Source of the DNA: an uncultured candidatus Porisulfidus sp.
GTDB lineage: Bacteria > Pseudomonadota > Gammaproteobacteria > Poriferisulfidales > Poriferisulfidaceae
NCBI GenBank assembly: GCA_965116025.1
Contig: OZ220480.1
Coordinates: forward strand, 1,024,001-1,088,000
Direction: 5' to 3'
DNA length: 64,000 nucleotides
This document shows, in pieces, positions 38,536 to 48,419 of the stretch (position 1 is the first letter of the stretch; every line of letters begins with the position of its first letter). The notes under the pieces were generated by a model. The model was given only the letters and a program-made list of their open reading frames with translations, had not been told where the DNA came from and did not search any database. The position numbers were made by a program, and so were the translations under genes.

Positions 38536-41500
38536 ATGACCAAGAACCTTTCCGTTTTCGAGATTCGCGTCGCGCTTCGCGGGGCTCCGTCGTCTTCCCG
38601 CGTAGGGGGGGGGGGGGGGGGGGGGGGGCATAGCCTCCGTTTTCTGGCCGGATTGACGGCCATTTTCTCCATTCTGCTGATTCCGCATCCCGCCGAGGCG
38701 GACGAGTGCGGCGACGTCAGCGCCGCCAAAACGGTCACCTGCGACGCCGCGACCTACGGCGGCACCAGCGCCACCGATGCCAACCCCATCGAGTACACGG
38801 GTCAGACGGGCGGTCTGACGCTGACCGTGAAGCCTTCCGGGGAGATGACGACCATCAAATCGTTCCTTCCTGACGCTAGCACTCGGTATAACGGGATCAA
38901 AGTGGTCGGCCGCGGAACGCTGGCGGTCAAGCTGGAAGGCAAGGTGAGCATCGTGAACGAGGCCGGCGGCTGGACTTCGCCCACCGAGGCTACGTTCAAT
39001 AACGGCGGAACGGAGGAAACCGCGACCTTCATCGATCCGAAGTACGTTCAGGGTAGCAGGAACTACGGAATATGGGTTGAGGGCGACCAAGCCGGCGACT
39101 CCAATAGAGAGGACAAGATCGAGATCGTGATCGGGGCGGACGCGAAGGTTGGGAGCGAGGAGGTTCCGATAGGGCGCAGAGGCGTCTTCGCGTATTACAG
39201 CAACACCTCAGCCGAGGGCGACGTGTCGATCGTGAACCGGGGCGAGATCCACGCTTACTACACGGGCATCTGGGTGTTTCATAAAGGGTCTGGAGACATC
39301 GCCGTCGAGACGGCGGAGGGCAGCGTGACCAGCAAGGGCATTCGCGTCAATGTCAATCAGTCCAGTAGTAAAGAGGGGGGCGACGTCCGCGTCACGAACC
39401 ACGGGACGATCCGGAGCCTGAGGCAACGGCCTCTGTACGCGAAGACGCTCACGGGCGAGGTGGGCAGCAAGGTGGCCACGTCTCGGGATCGTGATGCCGA
39501 AGACTATCCTGATGGAAATGGCATTAAAGTGAGCCACAAGGATTTATCCACGGGCACCGCCGATAAGCCGAGCAGTTCGATCATGATCACCTCGAGCGGC
39601 GACATCGCCGCTCGCTGGCATGGCATTCACATCGACACGCGAGGAGACACCGATTCGGTGGTTCCGGTGACGGTCGACGTGACGGGGGGCGTCATCACGG
39701 CGGGCGGACGGAATACGGAGCTTAATGGGGACGGGATTTTCGTTCATTCCGTTGACCACAACGGTGGGCTCATCAAGGTGGATCTCGCGGGCGAGATCGC
39801 TTGGGCGGGGAGTAGCCAGGGGGACGGAATCGAAATTCGCCGTCTCGTGCGACGACGGTCAGCGGCGCGCGGTGACATCAACCGGGACACCGAGGTGACG
39901 CTGAAGCCGGGGGCGCGGATCGGCGTGGAGGGGGATGAGCCGACCGTGAGTCGGAATGGCGTGAACGTCCGCCAGCAAACCCACGAAGGAACGGTCCGGG
40001 TGACCGTTTCCGAGGGAGCGATGATCGGGACTCGAGAGACTCCGGTTGGCGAGAACGGCGTGTTAGTTGAGACCGTAGGCAGTTTCGGCGTGTTCCACTC
40101 GATCACGGCTTCGGACAACGAGGTCCCCGTCCAGGTCACCAACGAGGGTTTCATCCACGCGAAAGGCTCTGGGATTTATGTGCTGCATTCCAGTTGGGGC
40201 GAGGTGGACGTGAAGCATATGGCGGGGAAGATCATCGCGGGCGGGCATGGCGTTTACGCGGGGATGTCCACCGTCTATGACGATCCCACGGAAGCCGGGA
40301 AGATCGAGGTCACGGTGGGAGAGATGGCGACGATCCAAGCCAAGAAAGATGGGGTGCATGTCAAGAGCAAGCGGACGTTCGCGTCCGACCACGCCCGGAA
40401 GGGGCAATACGACCAGACGGTCACCATCAACGGCAAGGTGATGGGCGGCGCCGGCGAGCACGCCGGCGTTCGGATGGTGAACGGCGGGACGCTGGTGATC
40501 GGGCCGAAGGCGGAGATCGGCGCGACGTCGGGAACCGCGGTCAGGGCGGACAAGGCGCTGCATGTCACCCTGAAGGAGAACGCGCATGGGCAGATCGCGT
40601 TCATCACGGGGAAATTCCTGAATAGCGGCGATCAGACGCCGAACGTCTTCCAGCGCGAGTCGACGGCGGGCATGACGAAGGCGATAGCCGTGGATGACGC
40701 GGTGAAGGCGACGTCGGGGAAGACGGGGACGCATGGGGTGTATGACGCGGTGTTCGAGCGGATGGTCACGCTGAAGTCGATAGAGGGCGGGCACCAGTTC
40801 GAGGCGGGCGCGGAGAAGGAGATCAGCCGGTCGTACCATGCTCGGGCTCGGGTGTACGAGGCGTTGCCGTCGGTGTTGCTGGAGATGAGCGGCTCGGACG
40901 GTCGTCAGGCGCGCTTGTCGGCGACGCGGGACGGCGGTGGCGCGTGGGCACGGGCGCTGGCGAGCGACGGCGAGCGGGAGGCGGAGATGTCCACGACGGC
41001 GATGGACACGGCCGGGCATGATCTGTCCTGGGACTTCGAGCGCTGGGGCGTGGAGACGGGCTTGGTCGTTCCCACGGATCTGCCGGGCGTGACGCTGGGG
41101 GTGAGCGCGCACTATCGGGATGGCGAGGCGGATGTCGAGCGCGGCGGGAAGATTGAGGTCTCTGGCGTGGGCGTTGGGGCTTCGGCGACCTGGCGGGGAG
41201 AGGACGGATGGTACGCGGACGGGGAGCTCTCGTACACGCGGTTCGAGGACATTGACTTGAGTTCGGAGACTCGGGGGATGGTGGCGTCCGGGTTGGACGG
41301 AGAGGGTCACGCGATCGGCGTGGAGGTCGGCAGGCGGCTGGAGATGGACGGCTTCGCGCTGGTTCCGCGCGGGGGATTGACGTGGACTTGGGTGGATGTC
41401 GACGGCTTCGCCGACGTTTCTGGCGTTACAGGTAGCGGTCGGGTGTCGTTCCGCTCGGAGGACGGCGTGCGGGCGCGGATCGGGGCGCTGCTGGAGAACG

Positions 41501-41739
41501 GCCAGACGTACGCCTCATTGGACGTGGAGCGCGAGCTGTCGGAAAGCCGGGAGGCGATGGCGTCGAGAGCGCGGTTGCGCTCGGAAGTGGAGTCGACTTG
41601 GGCGCGATTGGGCGTTGGAGGCGTGATAGTCTTGGATGAGAGGGGGGAGTCGACGCTATCGGGGGAGGCTCGCTACGCGGTGTCGGATGGCGACAATCAC
41701 GATTACGGCGCGAGCGTCCTGCTGAAAGTTCGCTTCTGA
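38536..41739 (+). CDS. autotransporter (type Va) outer-membrane protein, ~1067 aa, with a poly-G tract in the signal region
   Basis: ATG 38536; hydrophobic core and PAEA cleavage site; Gly-rich beta-helix-like passenger; C-terminal barrel (AWARA..., WYADGELSY, LVPRGGL) ending LLKVRF. Confidence 0.88.
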   Translation: MTKNLSVFEIRVALRGAPSSSRVGGGGGGGGHSLRFLAGLTAIFSILLIPHPAEADECGDVSAAKTVTCDAATYGGTSATDANPIEYTGQTGGLTLTVKPSGEMTTIKSFLPDASTRYNGIKVVGRGTLAVKLEGKVSIVNEAGGWTSPTEATFNNGGTEETATFIDPKYVQGSRNYGIWVEGDQAGDSNREDKIEIVIGADAKVGSEEVPIGRRGVFAYYSNTSAEGDVSIVNRGEIHAYYTGIWVFHKGSGDIAVETAEGSVTSKGIRVNVNQSSSKEGGDVRVTNHGTIRSLRQRPLYAKTLTGEVGSKVATSRDRDAEDYPDGNGIKVSHKDLSTGTADKPSSSIMITSSGDIAARWHGIHIDTRGDTDSVVPVTVDVTGGVITAGGRNTELNGDGIFVHSVDHNGGLIKVDLAGEIAWAGSSQGDGIEIRRLVRRRSAARGDINRDTEVTLKPGARIGVEGDEPTVSRNGVNVRQQTHEGTVRVTVSEGAMIGTRETPVGENGVLVETVGSFGVFHSITASDNEVPVQVTNEGFIHAKGSGIYVLHSSWGEVDVKHMAGKIIAGGHGVYAGMSTVYDDPTEAGKIEVTVGEMATIQAKKDGVHVKSKRTFASDHARKGQYDQTVTINGKVMGGAGEHAGVRMVNGGTLVIGPKAEIGATSGTAVRADKALHVTLKENAHGQIAFITGKFLNSGDQTPNVFQRESTAGMTKAIAVDDAVKATSGKTGTHGVYDAVFERMVTLKSIEGGHQFEAGAEKEISRSYHARARVYEALPSVLLEMSGSDGRQARLSATRDGGGAWARALASDGEREAEMSTTAMDTAGHDLSWDFERWGVETGLVVPTDLPGVTLGVSAHYRDGEADVERGGKIEVSGVGVGASATWRGEDGWYADGELSYTRFEDIDLSSETRGMVASGLDGEGHAIGVEVGRRLEMDGFALVPRGGLTWTWVDVDGFADVSGVTGSGRVSFRSEDGVRARIGALLENGQTYASLDVERELSESREAMASRARLRSEVESTWARLGVGGVIVLDERGESTLSGEARYAVSDGDNHDYGASVLLKVRF
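38605..38628 (+). repeat. homopolymeric G24 tract (in frame, 8 Gly)
   Basis: Counted directly: 24 consecutive G. Confidence 0.95.
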
Positions 41740-41989
41740 TCGGTTTCTGGTCGCGGCCTCGGCGCGAAACTGATCTGGCGCGCCCGGAGGTTGCGGGTGG
41801 ACTTCTGGACGGATCACGCGCCGGACATCGGGAGAGCGTCGCGCCGAATATCCAGTCTTCCGGCCTAGGACACGTCCTGACGGTCCGAATCTGGTGCTTT
41901 CAGGAAAGAGACAAGCCGTTCGGAAGACGCGGCCCGCATAGCCGAGCTCTTGAGTATCGGGCGGAATCCGAGTTGTTCCGCGAAAATCC

Positions 41990-42310
41990 GCCCGAGCCCG
42001 TTTCTGGCGTCGCTCTTTCGCCTTTCGGCATGCCAGCTCGGCCCGGTATCGTCCGCTCCGACCGTCGGCGTTCCGCTTCAGTTCGCGGCACGCCGTGCCG
42101 CGGTCGACGCCGACCCTTCGCGCTACCTCCGCCTGGCTCATGTCGAGGTCCCGCAGCGCCTCGATCTGATAACGTTGGGTCTCGGTGAGTTGCGTGTAAC
42201 TTCTCATAAGCGCCTCTCTCGGGGGCGGTTGTAGACAACGAGACCTTACCGCGACTCATCGCCTTCACCGCCAGTCTTCGGAGTGTTGCACTTGAAAGTT
42301 GAAACTGGGC
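41990..42310 (-). mobile_element. IS30-family insertion sequence remnant (left end + transposase N-terminal HTH only)
   Basis: ATG 42207: MRSYTQLTETQRYQIEAL...SQAEVARRVGVDRGTACRELKRN...YRA..A (HTH_38-like); no DDE domain follows. TGTTGCACTTGAAAGTTGAAAC at 42284-42305 resembles IS30-family terminal repeats. Confidence 0.8.
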
Positions 42311-42456
42311 TCTTTATTCGGGCGGCATTGATAAGAATGGTGGGTCATGGACATTGCCCGTCAGAAAATCCGTTGGTATTGAGACGCACCTGAAAACCCC
42401 GGAAGGCCCGAAGATGGAGGAATCCTTTGCCTTGTGGGAGTGCAAGCGAAATGGAA

Positions 42457-42531
42457 TGGTGGGCGATGCTGGGATCGAACCAGCGACCTCTGCCGTGTGA
42501 AGGCAGCGCTCTCCCTCTGAGCTAATCGCCC
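42457..42531 (-). tRNA. tRNA-Val (anticodon CAC)
   Basis: Reverse complement GGGCGATTAGCTCAG...CTGCC-TTCACAC-GGCAG...GGTTCGATCCC...ATCGCCC-A-CCA, 75 nt. Confidence 0.95.
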
Positions 42532-42666
42532 ATCCAAAACCGCAGTCTATCAGCAACCTGGGTTTTCCCCAACATCCGGGAGTCGCTCGTCGCGGCAGGC
42601 GCTGTAAAATTTCTTTCATACTGTGGGGTATACTCTCTATCGAACTGGATCGCATACGCACGGTTG

Positions 42667-43008
42667 ATGAGACATTCTCTGCTGCTGCTCGCGCTCGCTT
42701 GCGCCGGCTCTATGCCGCTCGCGCAGGCCGACAGTTCCATGGTCGAGGAAGGGCGGAAGCTCGCGTTCGACGTGAAGAAAGGGAATTGCCTATCCTGCCA
42801 CAACATTCCGGGTGGTGAGGCGCCGGGCAACATATCCGTGCCGCTGGTGGCGATGCAGACGCGTTTCCCGGACAAAGATGTGCTGCGCCAGAACGTCTGG
42901 GATCAGACGAAATTCCGTCCGCACGCCATGATGCCGCCATTCGGCAAGCACCAGATCCTGACGGAACGCGAGATCGACAAGATCGTCGAGTTTCTTTACA
43001 CCCTGTAG
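42667..43008 (+). CDS. soxX: sulfur oxidation c-type cytochrome SoxX
   Basis: Signal peptide, KGNCLSCH, MMPPFG. Confidence 0.92.
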   Translation: MRHSLLLLALACAGSMPLAQADSSMVEEGRKLAFDVKKGNCLSCHNIPGGEAPGNISVPLVAMQTRFPDKDVLRQNVWDQTKFRPHAMMPPFGKHQILTEREIDKIVEFLYTL

Positions 43009-43024
43009 CCGAGAGGGAAGAATT

Positions 43025-43462
43025 ATGAATCGAAGAACTTTCATGACCGCGGGGCTGGGCCTCGGGACGTTGCTCGCGACGGGCGCCGTCCACGCCGTCT
43101 GGCCCGAGAAAGCGTTTGACGCGCGCGAGTCCGACGCGCTGATCGACATGCTGGCGAGCGGCGAGCCGGCCTCCAGCGACGCCATCACCATCACGGCTCC
43201 CGATATCGCGGAGAACGGCGCGGTGGTTCCGATCTCGGTTTCCACGACGCTTGAGGATGTCAGCCGGATCAGCATCTTGGTGGAGAGCAACCCGCTTCCC
43301 TTGACTTCCACGTACGATCTGGCGCCCAACTCGGTTCCGTACGTATCGACCCGCGTGAAGATGCTGAAGACGTCCAACGTCATCGCGTTGGTGGAAGCGG
43401 GAGGAAAGTCCTATTCCGGGGCGCGGGAAGTGAAAGTGACCATTGGCGGCTGCGGCGGCTGA
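43025..43462 (+). CDS. soxY: thiosulfate carrier protein SoxY
   Basis: Tat signal NRRTFM; APDIAENGAVVP; C-terminal VKVTIGGCGG. Confidence 0.97.
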   Translation: MNRRTFMTAGLGLGTLLATGAVHAVWPEKAFDARESDALIDMLASGEPASSDAITITAPDIAENGAVVPISVSTTLEDVSRISILVESNPLPLTSTYDLAPNSVPYVSTRVKMLKTSNVIALVEAGGKSYSGAREVKVTIGGCGG

Positions 43463-43478
43463 ACGAGGAGACGAGACC

Positions 43479-43787
43479 ATGGCAGGAAGCATGCGCGCGC
43501 GCGCGAAGGAGAAAGGCGGCATCGTGACCGTCAAGGCCCTGATCACGCACCCGATGGAGACGGGATTGCGGAAGGATGGAAAGGGCGAGATCATTCCCGC
43601 GCATTTCATACAGGAAGTGAAGGCGACGGTCGGTGGAGAGTTGGTCTTCACCGCGAACTGGGGAACCGGCGTTGCCAAGAATCCCTATCTCTCGTTCAAG
43701 TACAAGGGATCGAAGGGCGATAAGCTGATCTTGGCTTGGAGCGACAACAAGGGCCAATCCGACTCGCTGGAAGTGGAAGTCAAATGA
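43479..43787 (+). CDS. soxZ: thiosulfate carrier protein SoxZ
   Basis: HPMETGLRKD, IPAHFI, KNPYLSF, WSDNKG; ATG 43479 after GAGGAG. Confidence 0.96.
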   Translation: MAGSMRARAKEKGGIVTVKALITHPMETGLRKDGKGEIIPAHFIQEVKATVGGELVFTANWGTGVAKNPYLSFKYKGSKGDKLILAWSDNKGQSDSLEVEVK

Positions 43788-44632
43788 CGCTTCGAAAGAC
43801 CTTGGCGTGGTCGGCCTGCTTGGCTCTCACGGGACTGGCGTTCCATGTGAGCGCCGGTGGCGACGTGGACCCCGACAAGGACTTGGCGAGCATACAGAAA
43901 TTCTTCAAGGACAAATTCCCGGATCTCCCTTGGGAGGAATTCGCCAATGGCGCGTACGCGCTGGATCCGGCATGGCGCGCGAACTGGGAGCTGATTGAGG
44001 AGTTTCCCCCGTACGAGGTGGCCATCGCCAAGGGCGAGGAGATGTGGAACGCCCCGTTCGCCAATGGAAAATCCTACGCCGACTGCTTCGAAGGACCGGG
44101 CGTGCAGCACCATTACCCAATGTGGGACCGGGATCAAGGGCAGGTGGTCACGTTGGCTTTGGCGATCAACCAGTGCCGAGAGGCCAACGGAGAGGAGCCG
44201 CTGAAATACAAGAAAGGTCCGATCGTGGATCTCCTCGCGTACATGGCTTACGAATCGAGAGGACAGACCATAAACGTGGTGGTGCCCGAGGATGATCCCG
44301 GGGCCCGGCAGGCGTACGAGAAGGGGCGCGAGTTCTACTTCACGCGCCGCGGACAGCTGAACTTCTCTTGCGCGCACTGCCATTTCAGCATGGCGGGGCG
44401 CAAGTTGCGAACCGAATCCTTGAGCCCGGCGCTGGGCCAGGCGACCGGCTGGCCAGTATATCGTTCAAAGTGGGGGGCGATTGGAACCTTGCACCGGCGT
44501 TACAGCGGGTGCAACAAGCAGGTGCGGGCCAAGCCGTTCAAGGCCCAGGGCGAGGAGTACCGGAATCTGGAATACTTCCATACCCGCATGAGCAACGGCC
44601 TGCCTCTGAACGGGCCGGCCGCGCGGAAGTGA
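43784..44632 (+). CDS. soxA: sulfur oxidation c-type cytochrome SoxA (single CxxCH)
   Basis: RRGQLNFSCAHCH, WPVYRSKWG, RRYSGCNKQVRA, LEYFH. Confidence 0.95.
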   Translation: MTLRKTLAWSACLALTGLAFHVSAGGDVDPDKDLASIQKFFKDKFPDLPWEEFANGAYALDPAWRANWELIEEFPPYEVAIAKGEEMWNAPFANGKSYADCFEGPGVQHHYPMWDRDQGQVVTLALAINQCREANGEEPLKYKKGPIVDLLAYMAYESRGQTINVVVPEDDPGARQAYEKGREFYFTRRGQLNFSCAHCHFSMAGRKLRTESLSPALGQATGWPVYRSKWGAIGTLHRRYSGCNKQVRAKPFKAQGEEYRNLEYFHTRMSNGLPLNGPAARK

Positions 44633-44952
44633 TGGCTCCCATGAGATTTTTCGCTCCCGCGCTCGCCGCTCTGACCTTGAGTTTGGTCGCGCCTGTGGCG
44701 TTGGCGACCGACCAGATGGACTTCGAGAAAGCCCATGAGGCCGCGGTGGCGGCCAAAAAGAAGGCGGCTTCCGTCGGTGGCGAATGGAGAGACACGGGCA
44801 AGATCCTGAAAAAAGCCAAGACCTTAGCTAAGTCCGGCGACTATGAGGCCGCGATAAAGCTGGCGCGCAAAGCCGAGCACCAAGGACATCAAGGCTACGA
44901 GCAGATGGTTTCCCAGGCCGGCAAGGTCGGGCCCGAACCCTTTTTGCAGTAA
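44632..44952 (+). CDS. soxK: SoxAX-binding protein SoxK
   Basis: Signal peptide, GGEWRDTGKIL, A..LARKA..QG; located between soxA and soxB. Confidence 0.8.
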   Translation: MAPMRFFAPALAALTLSLVAPVALATDQMDFEKAHEAAVAAKKKAASVGGEWRDTGKILKKAKTLAKSGDYEAAIKLARKAEHQGHQGYEQMVSQAGKVGPEPFLQ

Positions 44953-44964
44953 AACCGTTTCCTC

Positions 44965-46710
44965 ATGCAGCTGAGCCGGCGTGAATTTCTGTCGGTGATG
45001 GCGGCGGCTTCAGCGGCGGGAATGCTGCCGCGACATGGTTCGTGGGCCGCGGACTCCCTGTACGATCTTCCCGCGTTCGGGAACGTCCGGATTCTTCACT
45101 TCACCGATTGCCACGCGCAATTGTTGCCGGTCTATTTCCGCGAGCCGGACGCCAATTTGGGCTTGAGCGCCGCGCGGGGGCGGCCTCCCCATTTGGTGGG
45201 ACAGGCCTTTCTGGATCATTTCGGGTTGGTCATGGGAACTCCAGAAGCTCACGCCATGACCTATCTGGATTTTCCATCTTTGGCGGAAACTTACGGCAAG
45301 GTCGGGGGCTTCGCGCATCTGTCGATGCTGATCGCGCGCCTGAGAGAAGGCGCGGGCGCGGACCATACTTTGTTGCTAGACGGCGGTGACACTTGGCAAG
45401 GATCGGGCACGGCTTTGTGGAGTCGAGGGACGGACATGGTGGAGGCATGCAACCGTTTGGGCGTGGATATCATGACGGGACACTGGGAGTTCACGTACGG
45501 CGAAGAGACGCTACGCGCCAACTTGGCACGGTCGAGCGCGGAGTTCGTGGCTCAGAACGTCCGCCTGACGGAAGAGGCGGTTTTCGAAGAATTGCCGGCC
45601 TTTGATGAGGATACTGGCCACGCGTTCCGGCCTTATGCCCTGCGCGATGTTGGAGGGGTCCAGATCGCAGTGATCGGGCAGGCGTTTCCGTATACGCCGG
45701 TCGCGAACCCGAAGCGGTTCGTGCCGAATTGGAATTATGGCATTCAGGAGGCTCCGTTGCAGGCTCTGGTGGAGGATATCCGGACCCGCCACGATCCTGG
45801 CTTGATTTTCTTGCTCTCCCACAACGGTATGGACGTGGACTTGAAACTCGCGTCTCGGGTATCGGGGCTGGACGCTATTTTCGGCGGACATACCCACGAC
45901 GGGATTCCGGCGGCTATCGAAGTACGGAATCCAGGCGGAACGACGCTGGTGACCAACGCGGGGTCGAACGGAAAGTTTCTCGGAGTCATGGACATCCAGA
46001 TAAAACGAGGTCGCCCGTCCGGATTTCGCTATCGCCTGCTTCCGGTATTCTCTTCCATGTTGCCGCCGGATCCCGAAATGCGGTCTTGGATTGAGCGGAT
46101 GCGGGAGCCTTATCTGGAGGATCTGCGCGAGCCGCTTGCCGTGGCGGGGCAGACTCTGTACCGCAGGGGCAATTTCAACGGCACTTTCGACCAAGTCATC
46201 TGCGAGGCGCTGCTGGAGCGTTACGACGCTGAGATCGCCCTGTCGCCGGGCTTTCGGTGGGGAACGACGGTCTTGCCAGGCGAGACCATCACCATGGAGC
46301 ATGTGCTGGACCAGACGGCCATCACGTATCCAGAGACGTACATGAACGAAATGAGCGGAGAGCGAATCAAGATGATCTTGGAGGATGTGGCGGACAACCT
46401 GTTCAATCTGGATCCCTACCAGCAGCAGGGAGGGGATATGGTGCGCGTCGCCGGAATCGAGTACAGCTTGGATCCAACGGCGGAGATCGGGGACAGAATC
46501 CGGAATTTGCGCCTCCGCGATGGTGCCGAGCTGGACCCGGGACGCTCCTATAAGGTGACCGGCTGGGGAGTCGTCGGCTCGGTGGCGCCAGGGCCGCCCG
46601 TCTGGGAGATCGCGCGGGACTGGTTGCTATCGAAAAAGGAAATCGATCTCCCGGCGCTGAATAAGCCGCGCTTGCTGAACGTTCAAGACAACCCAGGACT
46701 TGGAACCTAA
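44965..46710 (+). CDS. soxB: thiosulfohydrolase SoxB
   Basis: Tat signal SRREFL; DCHAQL, DGGDTWQG, GHWEF, SHNG, GGHTH, SPGFRWG, QQGGDMVR. Confidence 0.97.
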   Translation: MQLSRREFLSVMAAASAAGMLPRHGSWAADSLYDLPAFGNVRILHFTDCHAQLLPVYFREPDANLGLSAARGRPPHLVGQAFLDHFGLVMGTPEAHAMTYLDFPSLAETYGKVGGFAHLSMLIARLREGAGADHTLLLDGGDTWQGSGTALWSRGTDMVEACNRLGVDIMTGHWEFTYGEETLRANLARSSAEFVAQNVRLTEEAVFEELPAFDEDTGHAFRPYALRDVGGVQIAVIGQAFPYTPVANPKRFVPNWNYGIQEAPLQALVEDIRTRHDPGLIFLLSHNGMDVDLKLASRVSGLDAIFGGHTHDGIPAAIEVRNPGGTTLVTNAGSNGKFLGVMDIQIKRGRPSGFRYRLLPVFSSMLPPDPEMRSWIERMREPYLEDLREPLAVAGQTLYRRGNFNGTFDQVICEALLERYDAEIALSPGFRWGTTVLPGETITMEHVLDQTAITYPETYMNEMSGERIKMILEDVADNLFNLDPYQQQGGDMVRVAGIEYSLDPTAEIGDRIRNLRLRDGAELDPGRSYKVTGWGVVGSVAPGPPVWEIARDWLLSKKEIDLPALNKPRLLNVQDNPGLGT

Positions 46711-46722
46711 CAGGAGGATCTC

Positions 46723-47190
46723 ATGAAACGATCGATCACAGGATTTCTTTCATTATTCTTGGCGATGCCGGCCATGGCGGACAGCACGGTATCCGTTAGC
46801 CTGATCACCGCCGATATCGCCAATCGGATCGTTAGCGAGGCCGCGCGGAGTTGCGGCGAGAAAGGCTACCAAGTCTCGGTCGTGGTCGCGTCGCGCGATG
46901 GCCGGGTCCAGGCGGTCTTGCGCCACGCGCTGGCTTCTCCGGTCACGCTCAAGATCGCCAAGAAAAAGGCGAAGACCTCGGCGAACACGCGCGAGCCGAG
47001 CGCGGACACCCCGAAACCCATGGCGCGTGGCAGCAGGAAGTTGACGCGCATGCGTGGGGGATTGCCGATCGAGGCGGGTGGAAAATTTTATGGCGGAGTC
47101 GGGGTCTCGGGCGCCGATGGAGAGACGGACGAGGCATGCGCGAAAGCTGGTCTTGACGCGGTGATCGACGATCTGGAGTTCGAGGAGTAG
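46723..47190 (+). CDS. GlcG/HbpS-family heme-binding protein
   Basis: Signal peptide; KKKAKTS, GGLPI, GGVGVSGA, DEACA. Confidence 0.85.
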   Translation: MKRSITGFLSLFLAMPAMADSTVSVSLITADIANRIVSEAARSCGEKGYQVSVVVASRDGRVQAVLRHALASPVTLKIAKKKAKTSANTREPSADTPKPMARGSRKLTRMRGGLPIEAGGKFYGGVGVSGADGETDEACAKAGLDAVIDDLEFEE

Positions 47191-47198
47191 TTCGCGTC

Positions 47199-48233
47199 AT
47201 GCGTGGCCTGTCCGCTGTTTTTCTAGCTTGGGCGATGGCCTCGTCCATAGCTTGGGCCGAATCGAGGCCCGAGCTGGACTCGGACATGACGAATCCGGGG
47301 TACGTGCCTCACCCGGAGTGGTTCAAGCAATCGTTCCTGGACTTGAGCGAGGATATCGAGGAGGCTTCCGTGGAAGGCCGCCATCTGATGCTGTATTTCT
47401 ATCAAGATGGTTGCCCGTACTGCAAGATGTTCATCGAGAACGATCTGGGCCAGCACGATATCGCCGAGTACGCTCGTCAAAACTTCGATATCATCGCGAT
47501 CAACATCTTCGGCGCACTGGAAGTGATCGACGTGGACGGGGAAGCTTTGCCGGAACGGGAATACGCGATGAAAGTCAAGGTGATGTTCACCCCGACCTTG
47601 CTGGTTTTCGACGAGAATGGCTCGGTCGCGTTCCGCATGAATGGCTACTATCCTTCACCTAGACTTCGAGCGGTGATGCGCTTTATCGCCGAGCGGCGTT
47701 ATGCGGAGGAGCGGTTCGTCGAGTATTACAAAAATCAAGATAACCGGGCGGGAAGCGGAGAGTTGCACGTGGAGTCTTCGACGCTGTCCGGTCCGCCGTT
47801 CGATTTGACGACGCGCGACCGCGAGAAGCCTTTGCTGGTCATGTTCGAACAGAAAGAATGTCTGGCTTGCGACGAGCTGCACCAGGACATTCTTCGTAGA
47901 CCGGAAACGCGAGACATTCTAGAGCGGTTCGATATCGCGGTGGTGGACATTCGCGAGCGCGACGCGCTCACGACTCCTTCCGGGGAAAAGACGGATTCCC
48001 TGAGCTGGGCCGCGAAACTGGAAGTGAAGACGGTTCCCACGCAGGTGCTGTTCGACGCGCGGGGCGAGGAGGCGTTCCGCAATGAAGGGTACGCCAAAGC
48101 CTTTCACATGCAGTCGATCTTGGACTACGTGGCTTCAGGGGCATATGTGGAAAATCCAGATTTCCAACGCTACCTGCAAGCGCGTGCGGACCGGTTGCGC
48201 GAGGAAGGCGCCGAAGTGAATCTTATGGAGTAG
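47199..48233 (+). CDS. soxW: SoxW-like periplasmic double thioredoxin-fold protein
   Basis: PEWFKQSFLDL, QDGCPYC, FTPT, EQKECLAC, VPT. Confidence 0.78.
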   Translation: MRGLSAVFLAWAMASSIAWAESRPELDSDMTNPGYVPHPEWFKQSFLDLSEDIEEASVEGRHLMLYFYQDGCPYCKMFIENDLGQHDIAEYARQNFDIIAINIFGALEVIDVDGEALPEREYAMKVKVMFTPTLLVFDENGSVAFRMNGYYPSPRLRAVMRFIAERRYAEERFVEYYKNQDNRAGSGELHVESSTLSGPPFDLTTRDREKPLLVMFEQKECLACDELHQDILRRPETRDILERFDIAVVDIRERDALTTPSGEKTDSLSWAAKLEVKTVPTQVLFDARGEEAFRNEGYAKAFHMQSILDYVASGAYVENPDFQRYLQARADRLREEGAEVNLME

Positions 48234-48419
48234 AAAGCGTTGATATTCATGTTTTTTATGGTTACGCGCGGTGCTGGGATATAGAGTAAGTTACAATGAC
48301 GCTTGAAGCCCTTGGCGGGCGTGGTCGAAGGGGTCATGCATGAAATCAATGCTCAGGCCCCTAAAGGTTTAGCCGCCGGGGATGGGTTCGAATCCATGCG
48401 CTGGGAGGATGGGAATCCA

